Source: Eukaryota sp. GEM-RC1 (taxonomy: Eukaryota). Taken from it: a DNA stretch of 64,000 bases. A model generated the notes under the pieces. It ran no database searches. It was given only the letters and a program-made list of their open reading frames with translations, and had not been told where the DNA came from. Positions 13,121 to 24,348 of the stretch are shown one piece after another. The stretch is from assembly GCA_040285855.1 (NCBI GenBank), contig JAUFOQ010000017.1:186001-250000 (forward strand), written 5' to 3'. The translations under genes were made by a program, and so were the position numbers. How positions within the stretch are numbered: the first letter of the stretch is position 1; every line of letters begins with the position of its first letter.

Positions 13121-14557
13121 ATGTCTCGCAAACGACTTGCTCTTACAGTCGAGGATAATTCTCCTGCTTTAAAGCAGGATCGTCAAGAATCTGATTCCTT
13201 CAATGAATCTCTTTCTTGTTTCCGTTTGAATACTGCTATTTCTCGACTTATCCCTTCTACCTCCTCCAAAACTCCATCTATATCTTCCCCATCCATTCCA
13301 GATGAACATACCCTTCTTCATCAATTCCTAATTCAATCGGTTTGTGGACCTCCTTCTTTCGAACTTCCTCGTGCACTTGCTTCTCTAGACTACTTTACTC
13401 ACCAGCTTTACTCTGTCCTCTCCGTGATCTCTTCTCTTCAAGGTGTAGGTGTCGTTCTCACTGCCAAAGCTCCTGGTTTTGGAAGAAAGGAAGTTGTGGC
13501 TGAGGTTGCACGGCGATTGCTTAAACATTTAAATACTTTTACTGAATTTAAAGATTCGTTCTCTTTTTTGCATGTTGATGCTGCTAATACCAACACTTTT
13601 AGTAGTGTTATTGGGCTTTTATGTCATCAAGCTGGAGTTAATGTGGGTAAAAAAACTGCAGAAAAAATTATGAATATTTTAAATACTGTACGGATTAATC
13701 CAACTTTATTATTTATTGATAATGCTGATTTACTGTTGGAAAATGATGAGAACAATTTATTTTATTTTTTAACCAATATTTATTCACAAAATAGCCAGGG
13801 TGCTGTCGCTGTTGTTTTTTCTTCAAATATTTGGAATTTTGCCGAAAAATTAGAAATTAGAGTGAAAAGTCGAGTTAACCATTTTTTACGTGTGCCAGTT
13901 CCTGATTGCAAGTCACTTTGGGACTGTTTAGTCACTCGATTGACCCCTACTTTTGCTTCATTCAGTCCTTGGTTTGAATGTGAATATTCATCCAAGTTTA
14001 AAAATTCCGCCTCCTTTCAAAGCTTGTTAAAAAGACATAACAAGCAGATTAAACAAATCAAAAGTAAATGCAGGCAGGACTTTTATGATGCTTTCAAATT
14101 CTCCAACAATCCAAAAGTTTTGTTCTCAAGCATTGCTCATTGTATTCGACCAGAACCAGATTTTGGTGAAATTTCTAATGTATTTAAAAATTTTAATAAT
14201 TCAGACCATCTATCAGATTTGATTAAAACTGCTCACCCAGAAGTTATTGAAATGTTAATGGTTGTTTTAGCATTCACCAAGCTTCAATCTGAGTCTTTCT
14301 CTTTGATTCAAATTGAGAAATTTTTGAAAAATAATGCTGAAGTTGTTAAAACAAATTGGGTAAAGGATCGTGTTCATTTGGTTTTACAGCAAGTTTTATC
14401 ACTCAATTTAATAGAAATTGTGCCAAAAACTAAGACTGTTCTCGCTGATGACGTGATGTACAAATGCCACGTGTCACCTCTGTATTTGGCTAATGCAGTT
14501 AGATCATCACCTCATTTCAGTAAATTAAAAGGAAATATTTTGGGGTTGTCACGGTGA
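13121..14557 (+). CDS. Divergent ORC4/Cdc6-family AAA+ protein
   Basis: Degenerate Walker A (APGFGRKE), Walker B LLFIDNAD, LFYFLTN, and EKLEIRVKSR (compare ORC4 LEKRVKSRF); possible C-terminal winged helix. Confidence 0.7.
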   Translation: MSRKRLALTVEDNSPALKQDRQESDSFNESLSCFRLNTAISRLIPSTSSKTPSISSPSIPDEHTLLHQFLIQSVCGPPSFELPRALASLDYFTHQLYSVLSVISSLQGVGVVLTAKAPGFGRKEVVAEVARRLLKHLNTFTEFKDSFSFLHVDAANTNTFSSVIGLLCHQAGVNVGKKTAEKIMNILNTVRINPTLLFIDNADLLLENDENNLFYFLTNIYSQNSQGAVAVVFSSNIWNFAEKLEIRVKSRVNHFLRVPVPDCKSLWDCLVTRLTPTFASFSPWFECEYSSKFKNSASFQSLLKRHNKQIKQIKSKCRQDFYDAFKFSNNPKVLFSSIAHCIRPEPDFGEISNVFKNFNNSDHLSDLIKTAHPEVIEMLMVVLAFTKLQSESFSLIQIEKFLKNNAEVVKTNWVKDRVHLVLQQVLSLNLIEIVPKTKTVLADDVMYKCHVSPLYLANAVRSSPHFSKLKGNILGLSR

Positions 14558-15072
14558 CCTTATTCAAATATTGTTTAATTTTTTCTTCTATCACTTTTGC
14601 ACAAACTCCCTTTAGTGAATTTCACCTTCATAAATTATTCCATTTAGCAAAAGTTTCAAAAGTTTAATATCAATGGTATTATTTGGTTTTTTATCGATTA
14701 TGACGTGATCTAATACGATGGATGATGAGATGATTGTCATTCTATGTTCAAAGTACAGTAACTCAATCATTAATTGTTTACGATTGTGAATGTTTAGCCA
14801 AGTTTGGACTTAATTATTTAACAATAGCAAAAAATAATTAAAACACTACTGTAGTTGTATCATACAACTTGTATGTAGACCAGTGTTCGAAGACACGTGT
14901 GGACGCTGATGTGGTGTCTTTTTTTTAAGAACTCCGCAAAAGACACAACGTTCCCATCTGATTTCTCCTCCAGGTTTACTCCTCCGGACATGATGACGTG
15001 ATCATAGTTTACATATTTTAGTTAGTGTCTGTTAGTTATCATCTTTTGCAAAGCATTTATTTCAGTGATTGA

Positions 15073-15310
15073 TCATAACCCCCCCCCCCGATTTCTTATA
15101 AAATTAATTTTATTCGATACAAAAATACATTCATCAAATGGTTGGAGTACAAATTTGGAATACGGTTTTCCATTTAAATCTTGGACTTGGGAGTCATAGT
15201 TGGAATGTTTCAAGATTTCTACAGCTGTTAAACGATTAAAACAAGAATGCAATATCCTACAAGCACGAGACTTGTTACAAACATCAACTGTGGTAAAATC
15301 CATTCATGAT
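15073..15310 (-). mobile_element. 3' fragment of RLE-type non-LTR retrotransposon (endonuclease domain)
   Basis: DFTTVDVC...AVEILKHSNY...LQPF parallels the fragment at 51890. Confidence 0.5.
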
Positions 15311-15337
15311 TGACTCGTTTTAAACCGTGGTAGTCAA

Positions 15338-18300
15338 TCAACACGTGATACGATTATTAGAGTTTCTCTCAATGAGCTTTTTTGTTTCAGAGTCAATCGA
15401 GTTATTCTCGAGATTGATCTCAATAACGTTCTCATTCAATTGTAAAGCTGCTTCAATTGCCAATGCACCCTTACCTGTAATAGAATTATGTTCAAAATTG
15501 ACTTTGGTAAGTATTGAACTAGAGTTCAACTCAAGTGAATCAAGAATCCTCCATAAATTACTGTCAGAAAGCTCACAATTACTGAAGTCAACAGAAGTCA
15601 ATGATCCCTTCTTTCTAAGGAAGTCGTACAAAGTAATGATTGCCTTGTCTGAAAAGTCACACCATTGAACATCGAGCTCCTTCCTTGAGAAACTTTTGAA
15701 AAATGATTGTAGTAAAGAAACTTCACTGGTAGACATTTGGGTGGAACTTCTAGGAGAAAGGCAAAAATTCCATTATCAATGGCTATGAAGTGGGGGGAAA
15801 TATCAATAGCAATCACTGATTTGGATGAGGCAAGTATATTGAACAAAGCAATTCGTCCCTTGAGTGAAAGATTTCCCAGTAGGAAACACTCAACACGTTT
15901 AATTTCAGTATTTTTAAATATCTGAAGGGATACCAACAAATCTGTGTTTGTAACCTCATTTTCATATACAATCAATCCATTTTCAAAATCAATCAAATGG
16001 GGATCAATTTGAACGATTGGTCTCAATTTGGCAGTGGAAACCAGTTTAAAGATGGTCAACAAAGCAGGCAGATTAAGTTGGAGACTTGCCTTTTCCAAGG
16101 AAAAGTTGTGTTCTAGAGCATTGACTATTTTTGAAAAATTGATAATGGAAAGACCAGTAAAGTCAATAGAAGTCAAAGTATTATTGACCCTGATTAAATC
16201 ATACAAACAGTCAGATGCTTCACTAGTAAAACTACAACCTCCAAAAGTCAGCTCCTTGATATTGAAACACTCCAAAAAACACTTTAAGGATGAGACTTGT
16301 TCAGCAGTAAGTTGAGGAGAATTGGTGGGGCTGGAAACAAAAAACACCAGTTTGAGTATTAATTAAATGAGGAGAAATTTTAATATTTCGAATGGTTTTT
16401 GTTGATTGACTGGAAATTAATTTAAATATTTTGACAAGTTCAGAGAGTCCAATGAAATTATTTTCGAGAATAACGTTTCTTAAACAAGAATTAACCCCAA
16501 GTGCATTAATTATTGACCAAAAATCGGTTTTAGAAATCAGACAACCAATGAAGTCAATAGAAGTCAAAGTATTATTGACCCTGATCAAATCACACAAACT
16601 AGTGATTGCTGCTGAAGAAAAACGACATCCTGTAAGAGTTAGCTCTTTGATATTAAAAGAATGCAAAAAACACTTTAGAGATGAAACTTCTTCAGCAGTA
16701 AGTTGAGGAGAATTGGTGGGACTAAAACAAAAAACACCAGTTTGAGCGTTAATTAAATGAGGAGAAATTTTAATATTTCGAAAGGTTGTTGTTGTTTGGC
16801 TGGAAATTAATTTAAATATTTTTACAAGGCCAGAGAGTCCAATAAAAAATTTTTCGAGAATAACGTTTCTTAAACAAGAATTAAACCCAAGTGCATTAAT
16901 TATTGACCAAAAATCGGTTTCAGATATCAGACAACCTCTGAAGTCAATAGAAGTCAAAGTATTATTGACCCTGATTAAATCACATATACTACTGATTGCT
17001 TCACTAGTAAAACTACATTCTTCAAGAGTGAGTTTTTGATATTAAAAGAATCGAAAAAACACTTTAAGGATGAAATTTCTTCAGCAGTAATTTGGGGAGA
17101 ATTGGTGGGTCTAAAACAAAAAACACATGTTTGAGTATTAATTAAATGAGGAGAAATGTCAACACTAATCACTGAATTGTTAATGGAAAGAATTTCAAAT
17201 AGAGCAAAAAGATCTTCTAAATTTGGATATTTCAATCTACGACACTCAACATGTTTGATAGGAACTTCTGATTTTAAACCCTCTAAAAGTGAGATTAAAT
17301 CAGAATAATCAACCTCATTATTATAACGAATAGAACCATCATCAAAATTGATTGAATGATGAGAAATTTTAATATTTCGAATGGTTTTTGTTGATTGACT
17401 GGAAATTAATTTAAACATTTTGACAAGGTCAGATAGTTCAACGATAATATTTACGAGCATAAACTTTCTTAAACAAGAATTAAGCGCAAGTGCATAAATT
17501 ATTGACCAAAAATCGGTTTTAGAAAACAGACAACCACTGAAGTCAATAGAAGTCAAAGTATTATTGACTCTGATCAAATCATACAAATCACTGATTGCTT
17601 CACTAGTAAAACTACATCTTGTAAGAGTGAGCTTTTTGATATTAAAACACTGCAAAAAACACTTTAAGGATGAAACTTCTTCAGCAGTAATTTGAGGAGA
17701 ATTGACGGGATTAAAACAAAAAACACCTGTTTTAGTATTAATTAAATGAGGAAAAATTTTAACAGTAATGACTGAGTTGTTAATGGAAAGAATTTCAAAT
17801 AGAGCAAAAAGATCTTCTAAATTTGGATATTTTAATCTACGACACTCAACATGTTTGATAGGAACATCTGATTTTAAAGCCTCTACAAGTGAGATTAAAT
17901 CAGAATAATCAACCTCGTGATTATAATGAATATAACCATCATCAAAATTGATTGAATGAGGATCAACAATAATCATCGATGGTAATTTCCCAGCTAATAT
18001 CAGTTCAAATATAGTCAGAAGACTTTTGAGCGTAACGATTGTGTTACTGAGATTGATTTTTCTTAAGTTGGTACTGAATTGAAGTTCGGTGATAAGGTTG
18101 GAAAAGTCTTGGTTGACAGACGGTCGACAGTAACTGAAGTCAATAGAAGTCAAAGTATTATTGACCCTGATTAAATCATACAAACAGTCAGATGCTTCAC
18201 TAGTAAAACTACATCCTTTAAGTGTAAGTTTTTGATATTAAAAGAATCGAAAAAACACTTTAAGGATGAGACTTGCTCAGCAGTAAGTTGAGGAGAATTG

Positions 18301-20415
18301 GTGGGACTAAAACAAAAAACACATGTTTGAGTATTAATTAAATGAGGAGAAATGTCAAGACTAATCACTGAGTTGTTAATGGAAAGAATTTCAAATAAAG
18401 CAAAAAGATCCTCTAAGTTTGGATATTTTAATCCACGACATTCAACATGTTTGATAGGAACTTCTGATTTTAAAGCCTTTAAAAGTGAGATTAAATCAGA
18501 AGAATGAACCTCATGATTATAATGAATATAACCGTCATCAAAATTGACAGAATGAGGATCAATAATAATGATCGATGGTAATTTCCCACCTAATATCAGT
18601 TCAAATATAGTCAGAAGACTTTTGAGCGTAACGATTGTATTACTGAGATTGATTTTTCTTAAGCTAGTATTGAATTGAAGTGTGGTGATAAGGTTGGAAA
18701 AGTCTTGGTTGACAGATTGTCGACAGTAACTGAAGTCAATGGAAGTCAAAGTATTATTGACCCTGATTAAATCACACATACTACTGATTGCTTCACTAGT
18801 AAAACTACATCTATTAAGAGTAAGTTCTTTGATACTAAAACACTCCAAAAAGGACTTTATGGATGAAACTTCATTAGCAGTAATTTGAGGAGAATTGATG
18901 GGGCTGAAACAGAAAACACAACCATCGATGTCAATTAAATGAAAATCATTTCTGTTAGACAAGCTGTTTTCAATATTTAAACTAGTTTTAGAAATGTCTA
19001 AGCTCCAATTTAATCGCTTAGACTCAGTTGTCTTTAAGACTTCATACAGTTTCATCAACGTAACTAAATCGAAATTCCGACAACGAACACAGACTTTCTT
19101 TAATCGAGAATTAAATTGAACGCCAACAAGAAGATTTCGAAACACTTGAGAATTAAAATTAAGGTCTAGATTTAAAACAATCAGACCAGTATTGTGCCGT
19201 AACATTAATTCAATTGATTGGGCATCTAGATTATTTTGATTTGGATTATGAACAATTAACTCTAATAAAGAAGTATTTGACTCCAGTGATTTAAAAATTG
19301 GTGATAATGAATCATTAAAAGGGTGCCTGCTATTGGGAATAGAAATCTCAAGTTTTTTTAACGATGTATTGTTATCTAAAATACTTCCAAGAAGATCATA
19401 GTTAAATACATTAAGGAAAGTAACTTCTTGAATACAAGAATTATCTTTTAGAGCTTCAAGAACTGTAGAATCAAGAGGAAGAAAACTAGGAAACACTAGA
19501 CTTTTAAGAGTAGAAGAAGATAATAAAGGAAGAAGAACTATAAATTCGATGTGAACGATGTTAGATAAGTCAAGAACTTGAATCCCAGTACTTTTAGAGA
19601 GAGAATTGAAAAAAGAAGATGTAGGAATGAATGATGAATGTCGATTAGACAGAGAAACCTTTTTCAACGTGCTATTTTTTAAAAACACGTCTTCAAGGTT
19701 AGAGCTGGATAAAGATTCCTGTAAACAAACATCTAGTTCTTTAATACTAGAATTATCTTCAAGAAACTTACAAAATAAGGTAACCAAATTATCAGACATA
19801 CTGTTGAAATGGAGTCTTTGAAGATTTGGTAAAAAAATAGGGCGATAATGGATTGATGACGTTTACACTGGTCATATTCAAATCAAGTCCCAATCGAGTA
19901 ATCAAATGTCTGATCTGTTGAACGTGATTAGCATCAAAATAACCATCACAGATCAAATGCACAGATCGTATTTCAGCTCTAAAGAAAGAAGCCAAAGAAG
20001 AAAGAAGGAAGAAGTCCCTTGAAACAATTGGAAACGTGGTGGTTTCAAAGAAATGTTTACTTCCCAGTACAGCACTTGTAAAGAACCGTGAACCCAAGGA
20101 GCAGGCTTTAACAAAGAAGGTGAGAAGGTTTTTTCGGAAAAAACGCAGACGACGGGGATTGTCTAGGTTATCAAGGGAAGAGTTTAAGAGACATCTGATC
20201 CAATGAGAGTCAATGAGTACCCACAAAGACTGAGGAAAGAAGATGAAAGAACTAGAAGGAGGAGGATCATCAATGCAGGATAGGGAGTCGGAAAGAGAAG
20301 ACAGAATCAGTGGAGGTGAGGGTGAGCAGACTCTTGAAGGGGGATAATCCTGACAGGACTCATTGCTGCTAAGTAGGAACGAACGATTTTTCTTCAATGA
20401 CGGGAGTCTAGACAT
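15338..20415 (-). CDS. Giant RNI-type leucine-rich-repeat protein with tandemly duplicated modules; several frameshifts
   Basis: Six consecutive same-strand ORFs with a recurring IKELTLxxCSFTSEA..LxDLIRVNNTLTSIDF unit and a terminal NSITGKGALAI/NSIDSE cap. Confidence 0.85.
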
Positions 20416-22632
20416 TCCTTGGAATCGAAATTTTACAGTTTTTACTTTAATTTATTACTCCGTTGTTCTTCATACTTCAATAATTGAAATTCAATTATAT
20501 CACAGTGAGAGCTCAGGGATGTTAAATAACATAAATGAAATTCAATGTCGATTGTGATAGGAACATTTTCTGTTCTTACAAAGTGGTGCAACATTTGTTG
20601 ATAACAGAGTATGTCAGTAACAAAAGAAGAACAACCAGATTTGGTGTAGTTCAATTTGTTGGTGGGACTTCTAAGTGAGGAATATAAGAGCATTACCAAG
20701 ACAGGATGACGTTGAACAAGAGTAATTGAACAATTTATTCTAGAACAGTACATAGATTTGAAATACAACTTCATGCGTTTGTGTTAATACAAAAACAATG
20801 AATACATACACACCTTTTCTATTGCAAGAGTGTATTTCAGTCGAATTTCGGATGGCAACATGTGTGCTTCTTATCTAAGACCATGTAAAATAATCAAGTA
20901 TACTAGAAAGTGGTGTGACGACAAAGTTTCCATGGTTGGGAGTAGCTAATCTTTGTGTTTAGACAATAGAAACTCACCGAAAACCAAATATTGAGACGGA
21001 GAGTGGATGAGCACTCAAGACAATTATGAACCAAAAAGCTTATAGCTTCATCTACTGGTAGACTCAACTTCCAAATTCGTTAATGTGATTACAGTTGTTG
21101 TTAGTAAAGCAGTGCATTATATTTATTTCTCTTCAATTTCTTAGAAGGAACTTCATTTTGAGCGTCTAGGTCTTAAAATGCCCCTTGACTCTACACCCAC
21201 GAAGGGGTAGGCTAGAAAAATACCTAATACTAGCCCCCTATAGTGTTGTACATTATCAGTTCCTATTATTTTAATGGCTGAATCGAAAAACCGTATAGTG
21301 TTTTCCATATATCGCAATATGCCTTTCTTTTTCTCTAGATTGATTGAGAAATTGTACAAGTTTGGCGTGAAGATTAATGTTGATAAACGTAATCTTTTAC
21401 CGGGTGGTGATGAAGTCGTTTGGATTTAATCTTAGTATTGTTTGTTTGTTTTTACAATTTCATAGTTTGTAGGAAGGTTACCTTATCGGGTGCCGAATAA
21501 ACAGTACTATTATCAGTTCCAGAGTTGCAATTCTCCAACTTATAATTCTCTATTTTTGATCATCCGTAATGAAGTCAAATCCATCGATTTTTCTTTAGAT
21601 TAGTTGCACAATGTGATAACAACGGTTTCTAGAAGATCATCCATGGATGAATACGGAGTTGTTCATAAGGCTATTTGGTCTTTTGTCCAGTTTAGTTCTT
21701 TCAGACAAACATGAGTATATTTAGGATTGATTAACACGGCGTACTGGTACATGTAGTTTTGTAGTAAACAATTTCACTATACAGATTGTTTAATTACTAT
21801 GAAATTTGTATAATTGTTTATTGCTAACGTTTAAGTAAATTACTAGCCATAACACTGGCCAAGACAGGGTAGGCTAGTACAGGTAATGGAGTTGCGCAGG
21901 CTAGTATTAGTTAAATTAGCATGTCTCAATTGATCCATCAATTTTTATTCAAAACATGAACTTCATGAAATAGAACTGTATTCCAACCAGAGTTGTAGAT
22001 CACAAATGTTTGAGATGTGATTGTGTGATTTGTAATGATTGTTTACAAAGGCCCGAAATTTCTAAATATAGAAAAACGATTTTGGCTGATGGTATGCTGA
22101 TTTATCAGAAAATCTACCTTTTACAATGTGGACCATTAACCGCATCACCATAGCAAGTGATTCTGAACGAGTCAATGATTGTTCCTACCTCCGACACTGA
22201 CAACACTACAATAGACGATGTTGATTTAGATCTCAGCATTAATGAGCACTTTTAGAGGAAGTTATTGATGTAGATTTCGTAGAGTACAACGGAAGTCAGT
22301 GGGGACAAGCTAGACCTACCGTTGTTTTAGTTGAAAATGAGGATAGCACACTACACCTTCCGATACAGGATGTTTTCGTAATATGTATGCTCATAAAAAT
22401 TTGTTTTACATATATTTGTGATGACATTTATCACATAAATCACGGGTGATGTGAGTGCATCACAAAGTGCAGTACATGTAATATTTTCGTGATTTACAAC
22501 TATAATTCCAACTAACACAATATAAATCCTTGGATATAAATGAAAAGGAACAACTGGATGATATAAAGAGAAAAGTGAGAGATTCACCAATTGTATTAAC
22601 TACATTTTGAAACAGAGAGAAATGTAACAATA

Positions 22633-23996
22633 TCAACGTTTCTTAGATCTTCCTATCATCATTAATCCATCCTTGATTTCATCATGATCCGATCTCTGGT
22701 CTAAACTTGTTGACATTTCTAAATGAGCCATTAAATCCCTGTTTTCTGCCTTCAGTCTGGTTATAACATCTTTGAGCTCATTGGTTTTGTTCACATGTGA
22801 TGCCATCTTCTTGTTTTGGCGATCTACCAAAGTCTTGTTCAGTTTCTCCATTGCCAATGCCTTCCGTCTTTGTGTCGCAACTTCCTTCTCCAAATCAACA
22901 GCCTTTTGTCCAAGTCTATTATTTTCAGTCTCTAATTCCTGAACTTTTGACTGCAATGAACACATTTGTTTCTCCAACTCAGAAATCCGATCACACGAAT
23001 CCTCAGTTACTCTTGTTATCTCACCCTCATAGTACGCCCTTTGAGTTTCCAATTGGTCCTGCAACAGATCAGAGTACTCTTGAAACATTGACTCAATTTT
23101 GACATCGGAGCTCTTGGGTTCATCAAGGCTTATCACCTTACCTGCTTCATTTGTAATTAATCGATGTACATAGGCATCATCTAAATACGACCACACTCTT
23201 TGGCTGGTGATCTCTAAGCTAAAAGCATGACCTGTTGATTCGAAGTGTTGTAGAGCACATCTGTTAGAGTGCCTTCCGCAGCCCAAGTGTCCACATATAT
23301 AAAGTAAGAACTTATGAATCTACATACTAGACAACTCCATATATCACCATCAAGGGCACATTGACTGCAGCACAAGTGTTTATTGTTTATAGTGTACCGA
23401 CAGACAGCACATTTAGAATCTCCGAGATTGTAGAGGCAGTCCACGTGATATAGATGGTCACAAAAGATTGAAATGGTGGAAGTAATAGATTCATTGATGT
23501 GTATACGCTCAAGGCAACAAGGACAAGTGGGTAATTCAACGAGATCTGAATTCCTGTCCACGAGAAGAGTCGTTTGTACATCAGAAGAAGGTACGAATTC
23601 AACAGAGGAGACTAGGAAGCAACGGACAGGTTCTGGTTGTTCCAGAGAGATAGTAGGCAAAGCTGAACCATGACTGACATCAACAAACTCATTAGCGGCC
23701 ATACATGTAGAGAATCTCAAGAGAGCCAAATAACGCTCTTGAGCATCATGGGTTAACACACGGATATGTTTGATGTCGGTAAGTGCATTTTGAAGGAAAG
23801 CAAGAAGATCAATTACAGAAAAGGAGTATGGTAGACCTAGAAGGCAGACAAGTTGTGATGCTGGTGGTTTGGAACAGGTACGTTCAGTAAGAAGACTGAT
23901 TTTTCCATGTGATTTAAGGACCTTTGGGTTTCCAGAAGAAGCTTCCACTATTTCTTCCTGTAGTTCATCTTCAGCAACCTTGAGATGAAACGCCAT
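22633..23996 (-). CDS. BRAP: BRCA1-associated protein (BRAP2/IMP/Etp1): BRAP2 domain, RING, ZnF-UBP, coiled coil; intron 23299..23327
   Basis: ELPTCPCCLERI, CDHLYHVDCL, CAVCRY, WSCL|ICGHLGCGR, HAFSLEITSQRVWSYLDDAYVHRL, QLETQRAYYE. Confidence 0.92.
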
Positions 23997-24348
23997 TAGA
24001 CAAGTGACAAAATAGAACACGTGTTTTGAGGAAAATACAAATCTACAAATACAAATACGTCCCAGTTACTACTTACAGACCAGAGACCATCAGTTGCAGA
24101 GTTCCAATGATGTACAGAGCCTAAAACACCGAAACATAACAGAAGGATGATGAGAATCTTCCTTCCCATTCTTCCCTGTCACCCCCACTCTTCTCAAATC
24201 TCTTCAATCTATCCACTCAACAGATGAAGTCCACAAATGGACGACCATTGCTCTCTCTGAAAAAAACCTCTCTGTTATCGCGTTGTTTTACAACGATGTA
24301 CATCAATGGATTTCTACTTATTTATTCAAACTAAACTCAATAGATTGA

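Noticed and set aside
20450..22600. Short ORFs between the LRR gene and BRAP2
   Set aside because: No recognisable motifs or TIR/TSD pairs; probably decayed repeats, not supportable.
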